In this document: piece after piece, positions 9,708-18,578 of the stretch
Layout of the letters: each line of letters begins with the position of its first letter
How positions within the stretch are numbered: the first letter of the stretch is position 1
Assembly: GCA_964610315.1 (NCBI GenBank)
Contig: CAZSVM010000010.1
Location: forward strand, 18,762-82,761
Source of the DNA: an uncultured Actinomycetota bacterium
GTDB taxonomy: Bacteria; Actinomycetota; Humimicrobiia; Humimicrobiales; Humimicrobiaceae
Direction of reading: 5' to 3'
Length of the DNA: 64,000 bases
Position numbers and translations under genes: made by a program
The notes under the pieces: model-generated
The model's input: only the letters and a program-made list of their open reading frames with translations
Told to the model about the DNA's origin: nothing
Databases searched by the model: none

Positions 9708-10121
9708 CTATCTAATTTCTTCTGATTTTTTATATGCAATTTCTGCTTCTCTGTATTTACCCTGTTTCTGCAGTAATATATGTAGAATTTTCCAGGCATC
9801 TTTATTATTTTCGTCCAGTTTTATTAATTCTTTAATAATTTCTTCGGATTGAAGATATTTGTTTTGTTTGAAAAGAGTGGCACCCAGACAGAGTAGAGCA
9901 TCGGTATATTTCTCATCTAATTCCAGGGCTTCCCTGCATGCCAGTTCTGCTTCATCATATTTTCCCTGTCTGTAATAATTAATGCCATAATAATACCACG
10001 CTTCTTTAAACTTTCTATCTAGCCTCAGGGCATCGTGACAGGCTCTTTCCACCTCATCATATTTGCCTTGTTTGATAAGTATTTCAATAAAATATATCCA
10101 TGCGTCCTTTTCATTTTCCAT
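9708..10121 (-). CDS. tetratricopeptide-repeat protein
   Basis: Three to four 34-aa TPR units with recurring W-Y-G-Y...G-K-Y-D/R-E-A pattern (AWYYYGINYYRQGKYDEAE). Confidence 0.6.
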   Translation of the reverse strand: MENEKDAWIYFIEILIKQGKYDEVERACHDALRLDRKFKEAWYYYGINYYRQGKYDEAELACREALELDEKYTDALLCLGATLFKQNKYLQSEEIIKELIKLDENNKDAWKILHILLQKQGKYREAEIAYKKSEEIR

Positions 10122-10213
10122 ATTTTAAACCAATCCATAAAACGAAATAAATAAATAAGTTAAAAATCAGATTTTAAATCATATACATAACTATTTTTAA
10201 CCGGTAATAGATG

Positions 10214-10444
10214 TCAATGGCACCTATAACCGGGCTTTTTATATAAAAGATGCTCTTTTCCAATTATATCAGTTTTGTAAACTTCTTCAGCCCATTTTTC
10301 CTCAGGTACTTCTTCAATAGATACCGAAATAGATTCTTCAGTAGTATCGATGGTATCTTTTAAAGCTTCTACAATTCTGCCAGTCATCTGTTTTTTTTGT
10401 TTTTCTGTTCGGCCTGGCCATAATTTAACTATTACATGAGGCAT
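10214..10444 (-). CDS. 4-oxalocrotonate tautomerase family protein
   Basis: Begins Met-Pro (MPHVIVKLWPGRTEKQKKQ), where Pro1 is the catalytic residue of the tautomerase superfamily. About 76 aa. GGAGGG RBS lies just upstream of this ATG; the track's longer start MEGSK lies inside the RBS. Confidence 0.7.
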   Translation of the reverse strand: MPHVIVKLWPGRTEKQKKQMTGRIVEALKDTIDTTEESISVSIEEVPEEKWAEEVYKTDIIGKEHLLYKKPGYRCH

Positions 10445-10669
10445 TTTACTGCCCTCCATTATTTTTTTAATAATTATAAATGATAAAAGGATATATTAAA
10501 AAGGGGAAAAGTTTTTTATAATTAAAAGTATATCCGGAAAAAATATTTAATCAAAATTCTTATGAATAGCGAGTTATTCCCATAAATAATTTATTATTAT
10601 CATTGATGGTTATATAATTATAATATCAGTATGTTTCTGAGATAATTATTGAAGAGAAAAGGAAGAAAA

Positions 10670-11674
10670 ATGAAAGAAGCATATCTATATAAAAAAATTA
10701 GCAAAAATAAAGTAAGATGTAATCTTTGTAATCATAGATGCATTATTAAAAACCAGGATGTAGGTAAATGCTGTGTAAGAAAGAATATTAATGGGGTACT
10801 TTATTCTATGGTATATAGGAAATTAATTGCTGAAAATTCCGATCCCATTGAGAAGAAACCATTGTTTCATTTCCTGCCCGGTACCAACTCCTTATCAATA
10901 GCTACTATGGGATGTAATTTCAAATGTTTTTTTTGTCAGAATTTTGACATCTCACAAGCTCCATCTGATTTTGATAGAATCGAGGGAAAGGATGTTCCGC
11001 CCGAGGTGTTGGTTGAACATGCTCTGGCATACGGAGATAAAAGTATTTCATATACCTATACCGAACCAACCATTTTCTTCGAATATGCTTATGATACTGC
11101 AAAGCTTGCCCATGAAAGGGGACTTAAGAATGTTTTTGTAACCAATGGTTTTATGACCAGAGAATGTTTGGAAATGATAGAGCCCTACCTGGATGCTGCC
11201 AATGTAGATTTAAAGAGTTTTTCTAAAGACACTTATAAAAAGAAGATTGGGGGAAGGCTGAAGCCGGTTCTGGATAATATTATCTTAATGAAGAAGATGG
11301 GTATCTGGATTGAAGTTACTACTTTAATAATACCGGGAATTAATGATTCTAAGGATGAATTGCAAAAAATAGCGGAATTTCTGATGGGAATTGATGAAAG
11401 TATACCCTGGCACATAAGTGCTTATTACCCGCAATACAAATCAAATATCCCGCCAACTGGTGTGGAGAAAATAAAAATTGCTATGGATATAGGGAAGGAA
11501 GCAGGATTAAAATACGTATATGGTGGAAATATTTCCGGCAGCTGGTATGAGAACACTTTCTGTCCGGAGTGCAATTACAGGTTAGTTGAAAGAACTGGGT
11601 TTTCCGTTTTTAATAATAAGTTGAAAAAAGATCTATGTCCAAATTGTGGCAAAAAAATAGAAGGAATATTTTAA
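10670..11674 (+). CDS. radical SAM enzyme, AmmeMemoRadiSam-system type (AmrS-like) / PFL-activase-like
   Basis: N-terminal Cys-rich motif VRCNLCNHRCIIKNQDVGKCCVRK, then DPIEKKPLFHF and radical SAM cluster GCNFKCFFCQN (Cx3Cx2C), C-terminal zinc ribbon CPECN...CPNCG. Pattern recalled from AmrS-family proteins. Start set at the second ATG. Confidence 0.6.
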   Translation: MKEAYLYKKISKNKVRCNLCNHRCIIKNQDVGKCCVRKNINGVLYSMVYRKLIAENSDPIEKKPLFHFLPGTNSLSIATMGCNFKCFFCQNFDISQAPSDFDRIEGKDVPPEVLVEHALAYGDKSISYTYTEPTIFFEYAYDTAKLAHERGLKNVFVTNGFMTRECLEMIEPYLDAANVDLKSFSKDTYKKKIGGRLKPVLDNIILMKKMGIWIEVTTLIIPGINDSKDELQKIAEFLMGIDESIPWHISAYYPQYKSNIPPTGVEKIKIAMDIGKEAGLKYVYGGNISGSWYENTFCPECNYRLVERTGFSVFNNKLKKDLCPNCGKKIEGIF

Positions 11675-11832
11675 AAAGTTTCATCGGTTTGTTTAATGTT
11701 TTAAAATTAGCGCTTTAAATATTAAAAGGTAATTACGGTCGTTATTCAAGATAAGTAATATAAAAAGTAATAGAGAAGCTTTGCTTAACTTTTAAATAAA
11801 ATTATCCTATAATATTTTTCTGTTGCCTGCGT

Positions 11833-11906
<74 letters not shown>

Positions 11907-12079
11907 TATCAATAAGAATTAATTTTTTATCTTCTTAATTCAAAAAGACCAATTAATTAAGGGTAGATAATACGAAAATTGAAATTTTCTCCGAAATATG
12001 CTACAAAAATTCTTTGATATTGAATTTATGAAAATATATAATTACGTAAATATAATAAAAAGTCATTAAGGATTTAATT

Positions 12080-12853
12080 ATGAGTGAAGATTCGGTTGCC
12101 GTAGAAACTTTTGACCTTACTAAAAATTTTGGAAGTCTGATTGCTGTAAATAAACTAAACCTGAAAGTTAGAAGAGGAGAAATTTTTGGCTTCCTGGGCC
12201 CTAATGGAGCAGGTAAAACTACAACCATTAAACTAATGACCGGGCTTTTGAAACCAACTTCAGGAACGGTAAAAATTATGGGTAATGATATCCAGGAAGA
12301 TCCGATAGAAGCTAAAAAGGTTATAGGACTTATACCGGAAGAACCTCAGATTTATGAGAAATTAACTGGCAGGGAATTCTTAAGATTTATAGGAAATTTA
12401 TTCGGTATGGATAGAAATGGAATTGATAAAAAAATAAAAGAGCTCTTAAAAGTTTTTGATCTCTCCGAGAGAGGAGATCAGTTAATTCAAGGTTATTCAC
12501 ATGGAATGAAACAAAAAATTGCCATAGCAGGAGCATTAATTCATTCCCCAAAGGTACTTTTCTTTGACGAACCTACGGTGGGTCTCGATCCCAAGAGTGC
12601 CAAAATTATAAAAGATATTTTAAGATTCAGGGCAGAGGCAGGAGACTGTATCTTTATGTCCACTCACATTCTGGAAATAGCGGAAAGAATATGCGATAGA
12701 GTAGGCATTATACAGGATGGAAAGTTAATAGCAGTAGGAGATATGGAAGAACTCAGGAAATTATCTATGGAAAGAAAAGGAAATCTGGAAGAGATATTTC
12801 TACAGTTGACCGGGGGAGATGAAGATATAGATATTATAAAATCATTGACCTGA
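12080..12853 (+). CDS. ABC transporter ATP-binding protein (ABC-2/DRA-like subfamily)
   Basis: Walker A GPNGAGKTT, signature YSHGMKQKIAIAGAL, Walker B VLFFDEPTVGLD. Confidence 0.85.
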   Translation: MSEDSVAVETFDLTKNFGSLIAVNKLNLKVRRGEIFGFLGPNGAGKTTTIKLMTGLLKPTSGTVKIMGNDIQEDPIEAKKVIGLIPEEPQIYEKLTGREFLRFIGNLFGMDRNGIDKKIKELLKVFDLSERGDQLIQGYSHGMKQKIAIAGALIHSPKVLFFDEPTVGLDPKSAKIIKDILRFRAEAGDCIFMSTHILEIAERICDRVGIIQDGKLIAVGDMEELRKLSMERKGNLEEIFLQLTGGDEDIDIIKSLT

Positions 12854-12859
12854 TAGTTT

Positions 12860-14572
12860 ATGCTTGGTTTATTGCTTAAAAACAGATTGACCGTTATTTT
12901 TCTGGGGTTTACCAGAGATGAACCGAAAAAAAGAGCCGGAAGGATCATCGGGACTGTAATTGGGGTAATAATTTTTTCTCTTATTCTATATTTCTCCACC
13001 AGACTTATTTCATTTATTTTTAGAGATTTAAATATAGAACTGGCTGATACCATATTTGATATAGCTCTGGATTATGCTTTTGCCATAGTATTTATTTTTA
13101 TATTATTTACCGGTATTGCCGCCAGTCTTTATATACTATACTTGTCAAAGGATCTGGAATTATTGTTAAGCTTGCCTATCAGTTTTCGAACAGTTTTCAC
13201 TTATAAATATATCGAAGCATTGATATCAAATTCTTATTTGTTCTTTATAATAATTTTGCCGTTTCTAATAGCCTATGGAATAACCTCAAAAGTTCCTCTT
13301 GCTTATTATCCGGTAATGCTGGTAATTTTTATTTCAGTGGTATCCATACCAACCAGCCTGGGGGTTTTAATAGGGATGGTTGCGGCCAGATATGTTAATC
13401 CGGCAAGAGCAAAGGAGATACTGGCGGTAGTAGGAGGTTTATTTGGGCTGCTTATATGGTTGTCTTCACAAATTATACCCAGATATGTACAGAATATAAC
13501 TCCGGAATTGAAATCGATGGAAATTGAAAACATACGGCAGTTTATTTTAGATGTTTTTGACAAGCCGTTTTTAAAAATTTTACCTTCTACCTGGGGATCG
13601 AATACTTTATTTTTTCTCCATAACGGTAATTACCGCCAGTTTGTTTTAAGCTTTGTTTTTATCACCGCTGTTTCCGTATCTTTGATATTCCTCTGTATAA
13701 TAATATCCCAGCGAATATACTATACTGGCTGGTCAAGTACTTCTCAGGTAATAAGTAGAAAAAGATCAAGAAAAATAAAAGCAGAAGAAACAAAGGTAAT
13801 CAGCGGCAAAAAATACGGATTTTCATTATTTTCGGGAATTAATTATTTAATAATTAAAGATTTTAAATTACTTACCAGAGATGTAAGAAGACTTGTACAA
13901 TTACTGATGCCAATGGTAATGTTTCTTTTCATATTTTTTTGGTCTTTTTCAAACCAGATCAATAAAGGAGGAGATATTAATTTTTTTATAAACATAGAAA
14001 CTCTTTTATTTTTATTTTTTCCTCTACTAATTTCGGGAATGATCAACATAAATGTATCCGGTAACAATATAGGAGGAGAAGGATTAAAGTTCTGGATAAT
14101 AAAGACTTCCCCCTTACATGCCAAAAGAATTTTGAGAACGAAAATTATTTTCAGCTCCTGCATAACCGCACTGATAGGAAGTATTTTTATGTTAATATTG
14201 TATTTTCTATATAAACCCGGAGTATTGATGCTTGCGGCAGGACTGTTTCTTTTGATTTTATTCAGCTGGGGCGATTCTGTAATTTGCACTTCGGTAGGGA
14301 CTTTTTTCCCGGTTTTCAATCCTCCTCAACAAAATAGAAATAATGTTACATTCCTGGGAGGTTTATTGATTTTGGTATTATTTATTACATACTTCATTTT
14401 TTTCGGAGGGATTATTATAGGTATGTTATTTCTGGCAAAGTATCTAAGCTGGCCCGGACTGGTAGTTTTTCCCATAATACTGGTTATAGAAATTATAATT
14501 AATATAATTCTCTATAACTTGCTAATAAATATGGCTGCATACCGTCTAAATGCCCTGGAATGGAAATATTAA
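12860..14572 (+). CDS. large polytopic membrane protein, putative ABC-2 exporter permease
   Basis: 570 aa with more than 10 predicted hydrophobic helices, immediately downstream of the ABC ATPase with a 6-nt gap. No recognisable catalytic motifs. Confidence 0.5.
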   Translation: MLGLLLKNRLTVIFLGFTRDEPKKRAGRIIGTVIGVIIFSLILYFSTRLISFIFRDLNIELADTIFDIALDYAFAIVFIFILFTGIAASLYILYLSKDLELLLSLPISFRTVFTYKYIEALISNSYLFFIIILPFLIAYGITSKVPLAYYPVMLVIFISVVSIPTSLGVLIGMVAARYVNPARAKEILAVVGGLFGLLIWLSSQIIPRYVQNITPELKSMEIENIRQFILDVFDKPFLKILPSTWGSNTLFFLHNGNYRQFVLSFVFITAVSVSLIFLCIIISQRIYYTGWSSTSQVISRKRSRKIKAEETKVISGKKYGFSLFSGINYLIIKDFKLLTRDVRRLVQLLMPMVMFLFIFFWSFSNQINKGGDINFFINIETLLFLFFPLLISGMININVSGNNIGGEGLKFWIIKTSPLHAKRILRTKIIFSSCITALIGSIFMLILYFLYKPGVLMLAAGLFLLILFSWGDSVICTSVGTFFPVFNPPQQNRNNVTFLGGLLILVLFITYFIFFGGIIIGMLFLAKYLSWPGLVVFPIILVIEIIINIILYNLLINMAAYRLNALEWKY

Positions 14573-14743
14573 GAAGGCATCAGATATTATTTTATTTTAA
14601 CCACGAATTCAAGCATATTATCTTACAGATAATTCCAAATCCTGATACCGGTCCCTGATTTTTATTAAATATCATTAAATAATATTATTATTTGTATATA
14701 AGTATGAATATTATAATTATAATAGTATAAAATATTAATTTTT

Positions 14744-14752
14744 TGGTATAAT
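14744..14752 (+). promoter_or_regulatory. extended -10 element TGgTATAAT upstream of the 14812 gene
   Basis: Sequence ttttTGgTATAATat read directly, about 60 nt upstream of the start codon in an extremely AT-rich 240-nt intergenic region. Confidence 0.3.
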
Positions 14753-14811
14753 ATAACAATGTGATTATAAAAGTTTTTATTATAATATTAATAAAATTGA
14801 GGTAAGGTAAA

Positions 14812-15471
14812 ATGGATAATAATTTTGATAAAATTTATAAAAACCGTGCTTTTAAGTTTTTTAAAGAATTCGGTTACAAAGTTATAAAATTAAAATACTT
14901 CATAATGGTAGTGGGAGCAATGCTGCTGGAGATTGTTACTTTAATCATTTATATATTTAACAATGAGAAGATTATTGATTTCGATCTTATGACCGCCAGC
15001 GTGCTGTATGGGGTAACCAGTGCCATTATTGTAATATTGGCTGTAAGTTCTTTAATACTTATAAAGACCGATAAATACCGGGATAAAAAGAGAGTAGGCC
15101 TATTTAATGGTTTTAGAAGAGAGTATTTTAAACTCAACAGCGAATATTCAGGAGAGATAAGTAATATGGTCAAAAGTTTTGATAATGAACGGGGAAATAT
15201 CGAAGTAAAAATTAATTACGCCATAGAAATTGCAGAAAAATACGATGATTATATTGAGGAATTCTCAAAAATAGAGGTACCGGTATTTTTAAAAGAAGCA
15301 TTTAACTATAAGCTGGATAACCTGAATAAAGAGAAATTGTTTTTTACCAAATTTTCTTTACTGGCAAGTCCTGAAGAATTGGAAAGAATTAACAAAGAGT
15401 CTGATTTAGCAAACGAAAATTTCTTAAGGGAACTTGATAATATGGAAAGGAATTTGAAAATTATAGTTTAG
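14812..15471 (+). CDS. hypothetical membrane protein (two N-terminal TM helices plus a charged/coiled-coil C-terminal domain)
   Basis: Strong RBS GAGGTAAGG. TM segments IMVVGAMLLEIVTLIIYIF and VLYGVTSAIIVILAVSSLILI. No recognisable domain. Confidence 0.5.
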   Translation: MDNNFDKIYKNRAFKFFKEFGYKVIKLKYFIMVVGAMLLEIVTLIIYIFNNEKIIDFDLMTASVLYGVTSAIIVILAVSSLILIKTDKYRDKKRVGLFNGFRREYFKLNSEYSGEISNMVKSFDNERGNIEVKINYAIEIAEKYDDYIEEFSKIEVPVFLKEAFNYKLDNLNKEKLFFTKFSLLASPEELERINKESDLANENFLRELDNMERNLKIIV

Positions 15472-15491
15472 AAATTGTAAGTTAATTAAAG

Positions 15492-17006
15492 ATGGAAAAA
15501 AGCAATAAAATTAAAGAACAATTGCTCTCTGAGTTAGAAAAATTACACCGCATAATAGACGAATATGAGAGTCCACAGTTTGATTTTAACGAAATAGAAG
15601 AAGCACTGGAAGAAAGCAAAGAAAAATATGAAACTTTAATTAATTCCGCCCCTTTTGGCATACTTACTATTGACGGAAGAGGGATTATTACCTCTTGTAA
15701 CCATAAAGTACTGGATTTTCTTGGCCAAACCGAGGATGAAATAGTGGGCAAGCATTTTACCAGACATAAATTCCTGAATGCAGCGGATATTCCCAGATAC
15801 CTCAAAATATTTGCTTTTGCCTTAAGCGGTAAAAAAGGTATGCCTTTTGAGATTTCCGGTCAGGATAAAAATGGAAATGATTTTTTCGGGGAAGTTTATT
15901 ACGGGCTTATAAAAAAAGACGGCAGAGTAAAATCAATTCAGGTGTTAATAACAGACATAACCCGGAGAAAAAAGGCTGAGGAAAAATTAAAATATTTAAG
16001 ATTTCATGACAGTCTGACCGGTCTTTATAATAGAGCTTATTTTGAAGAGGAAATAAAAAGGCTTGATACCGATAGGCAGTTACCCATAAGTTTCATTATT
16101 GGTGATGTAAACGGTTTAAAGTTAATAAATGATGCCTATGGTAACAAAGAGGGGGATAAAGTTCTTAAAGTTATAGCAATAGCTTTAAGAGAGTGCTGCA
16201 GGAAAGAAGATATAATTTCAAGATGGGGAGAGGATGAATTTTCTGTACTGCTGCCCGGAACCACGGCAGAGTATGCCCGAAAAATAGTGAAAAGAATTAG
16301 AGAAACCTGTCACAAAACCGGCAAAATTAAGGCAAAATTCGATTTTTCTATAGGAACGTCCACAAAAGAAGATCCTGGTGTGGATATTCAGAATATCATG
16401 AAGGAAGCTAAAGATGAAATGTATAAAAATAAGTTATTTGAATCTAAAAGTATTCCTGATTCTGTCATATCCTCACTTATTGATTCTTTGCTTCAGAACA
16501 GCTTTGAAACACGGGAACATGGAAAAAGAGTTGAAAAAATGGTTTTAAAACTGGGGAAAGTAAAGGGATTGCCAAAAAGCAAACTGGAGCAATTATCGGT
16601 TCTTGCCGATCTTCACGATCTGGGGAAAATAGCTATTCCGGATGATATTGTAACCAGGAAGAATGAATTAAGTGAAAGGGATTGGAAGATATTAAAAAGT
16701 TATCCCGAGATTGGATATAATATTGCATCGTCATCAAAAAAATTCTCCAATATTGCCGAATATATTTTAACCCACCACGAAAGGTGGGATGGAAAGGGCT
16801 ATCCGCAGGGGTTAAAAGGAGAAGATATTCCTCTGCTTTCCCGTATTACGGCCATTGCTGATGCTTATGACGTTATGAGGAGCGGTAGATTTTATAAAAG
16901 GACATTGAGCAAGGAAGAAGCTATTAAAGAGCTAAGAAAATCCAGTGGTTCACAATTTGACCCTAATTTGGTTGAAGAATTTATAAAAATTCTGAAAGAA
17001 GAATAG
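15492..17006 (+). CDS. c-di-GMP signalling protein: PAS sensor, degenerate GGDEF (GEDEF, I-site RKED retained), HD-GYP phosphodiesterase
   Basis: PAS region (LINSAPFGILTIDGRG...). GGDEF-domain core RWGEDEFSVLLPG with RxxD motif RKED five residues upstream. HD-GYP motifs LHDLGKIAIPD and HHERWDGKGYPQGL. Confidence 0.8.
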   Translation: MEKSNKIKEQLLSELEKLHRIIDEYESPQFDFNEIEEALEESKEKYETLINSAPFGILTIDGRGIITSCNHKVLDFLGQTEDEIVGKHFTRHKFLNAADIPRYLKIFAFALSGKKGMPFEISGQDKNGNDFFGEVYYGLIKKDGRVKSIQVLITDITRRKKAEEKLKYLRFHDSLTGLYNRAYFEEEIKRLDTDRQLPISFIIGDVNGLKLINDAYGNKEGDKVLKVIAIALRECCRKEDIISRWGEDEFSVLLPGTTAEYARKIVKRIRETCHKTGKIKAKFDFSIGTSTKEDPGVDIQNIMKEAKDEMYKNKLFESKSIPDSVISSLIDSLLQNSFETREHGKRVEKMVLKLGKVKGLPKSKLEQLSVLADLHDLGKIAIPDDIVTRKNELSERDWKILKSYPEIGYNIASSSKKFSNIAEYILTHHERWDGKGYPQGLKGEDIPLLSRITAIADAYDVMRSGRFYKRTLSKEEAIKELRKSSGSQFDPNLVEEFIKILKEE

Positions 17007-17035
17007 GATTCTTATTTATTTCTCTTTTTTATTTT
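17000..17035. terminator. weak bidirectional terminator-like hairpin (GAAGAAT-AGG-ATTCTT) followed by a T-rich tract, between convergent genes
   Basis: Short AT-rich stem read from sequence, followed by ATTTATTTCTCTTTTTTATTTTT. Lies between the + gene ending at 17006 and the - gene ending at 17029. Confidence 0.25.
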
Positions 17036-17409
17036 TCGGCTCTGATCTCTATTTCATCTCCGTTCGAAATTTCTTTAAGCAGGGGTATATCTTTTTTATT
17101 GATTATTTTACCGATGACAGTAACTGGACCTGCTGCCTGGGGTTTTTCCCCAGTACTGGCAGGAGTTTTCCCAAAAAAAATACAAAAAGCATTACCGGGA
17201 GGCCAGTAGGCAACGGAACCCACATCAAGAATTTCTATACCATTCTCCAGTTCAATCTGTACCGGTATCCTGAAGTATATCTCATTACCCCATCTATTTG
17301 CTCTGGAGACGATGGGTATTTTTTTTAATATCTCTCCGGCTGTATTAGAATTATTTAATTTCACGGGGAACTCCAGGTTTTTAGAAAATATTTTGATAAT
17401 TCTGGTCAT
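17029..17409 (-). CDS. hypothetical protein, cyclophilin-like fold (DUF3830-like)
   Basis: 126 aa. Pattern GEILKKIPIVSRANRWGNEIYF...AYWPPGNAFCIFFG...GPVTVIGKI recalled as resembling the DUF3830 cyclophilin-like family. Assignment tentative. Confidence 0.35.
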   Translation of the reverse strand: MTRIIKIFSKNLEFPVKLNNSNTAGEILKKIPIVSRANRWGNEIYFRIPVQIELENGIEILDVGSVAYWPPGNAFCIFFGKTPASTGEKPQAAGPVTVIGKIINKKDIPLLKEISNGDEIEIRAEK

Positions 17410-17677
17410 TTAAAACACCTCTAAAAATAAGATAGTATTTTCTTTACTCAATAATTGTTGATGTATAAAATAATAACAAAAATTATATATTTTAAAACAA
17501 GAATCTATAAATACAGGGTTTGATTAGAGGTTTAAAGTTAAACTTTAAACTTATTTTTAGAAGATACCGAAAGATATAAATTGATTAATATAGAAATATA
17601 GATTATTCTTTAATGATATAATTTTTAATGATATATTTTTTAATGGTACCGATTGTTTTGATTGAAGGGATATAAAT

Positions 17678-17962
17678 ATGAATTTTAAATTGAATCATGT
17701 GGAAGGAAAAAATAAGGGTAAGCTGGTCTTATACGCTTTGAGTACCTGTCAGTGGTGCAGGAAAGTTAAAGATCTTTTGGGTGAATTGAAAGTTGATTAT
17801 TATTATGTTGATGTAGATATGGCAGGTTATAATGAGATAGAAGAAATAAAGGAGGAAATTAAAAAATATAACCCGGCTTTTAGTTTTCCAACTCTGGTAA
17901 TTGATGATAAAAACAGCATTATTGGATTTAATGAAAAAGAAATTAGAGAAAGATTAAAATAA
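17678..17962 (+). CDS. glutaredoxin-like / thioredoxin-fold protein with CxxC active site
   Basis: 94 aa. LVLYALSTCQWCRKVKDLL redox motif, and C-terminal FPTLVIDD typical of glutaredoxins. Confidence 0.7.
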   Translation: MNFKLNHVEGKNKGKLVLYALSTCQWCRKVKDLLGELKVDYYYVDVDMAGYNEIEEIKEEIKKYNPAFSFPTLVIDDKNSIIGFNEKEIRERLK

Positions 17963-18489
17963 TGAGTGTAACCCATGAAATAACGAACGAAGAAATTGAT
18001 AATTTATATACGAAATTAAAAGATGATGCAGAATCCGGCGGTTATCATTTGAATCCTGATATAAAATTTACTAAATCACTGGTAAAGGGCCTGCTTCGAA
18101 ACCAGGAAAGATATGGATACCAGTCATGTCCCTGCAGGCTTGCATCCGGCAAAAAAGAAGAAGATCTGGATATAATATGCCCTTGTGATTATAGAGACCC
18201 TGATCTGGATGATTATGGCACCTGTTACTGCGCGCTATATGTTGATAAGGAGACATTGGAGGGTAAGAAGAAAGTCAGGCCAATTCCGGAGAGGAGGATT
18301 GCAGGCGGAAGGAAGGATAAGGAGAAAAAGGAAAAAATGCCTCAAAGTAAAACTCTAGATATTAAGTATCCGGTATGGAGATGCAAGGTTTGCGGTTATT
18401 TATGTGCCAGGAAAAACCCGCCGGAAATTTGCCCTGTATGTAAAGCGGGGAGGGAAAGATTTGAAATATTCATGGAGAGCAGTAAGTAA
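17962..18489 (+). CDS. ferredoxin:thioredoxin reductase catalytic-subunit-like domain fused to a C-terminal rubredoxin domain
   Basis: CPC-x16-CPC-x13-CYC spacing (YQSCPCRLASG...IICPCDYRD...GTCYCALY) matches the FTR-B 4Fe-4S/disulfide motif. C-terminal WRCKVCGYLC...CPVCKAG is a rubredoxin CxxC...CxxC knuckle pair. Start overlaps the upstream stop (TAATG). Confidence 0.7.
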   Translation: MSVTHEITNEEIDNLYTKLKDDAESGGYHLNPDIKFTKSLVKGLLRNQERYGYQSCPCRLASGKKEEDLDIICPCDYRDPDLDDYGTCYCALYVDKETLEGKKKVRPIPERRIAGGRKDKEKKEKMPQSKTLDIKYPVWRCKVCGYLCARKNPPEICPVCKAGRERFEIFMESSK

Positions 18490-18578
18490 ATGGGATAAGT
18501 AATCAAGTAAACCGGTAAATAAACAGAGCATAAAATAAAATTAAATCAATATATTAAAATATCTTTAATTAAATCTAA

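Noticed and set aside
11781-11813. Promoter for tRNA-Cys (TATAAT at 11808..11813 with TTGCTT upstream)
   Set aside because: The -10 is good, but the only TTG-type -35 is 21 nt upstream, which is a non-canonical spacing. It was left unannotated.
13843-14319. 158-aa ORF on the - strand
   Set aside because: It lies entirely inside, and antisense to, the 570-aa membrane-protein gene. Its composition mirrors the sense strand and it has no motifs or RBS.
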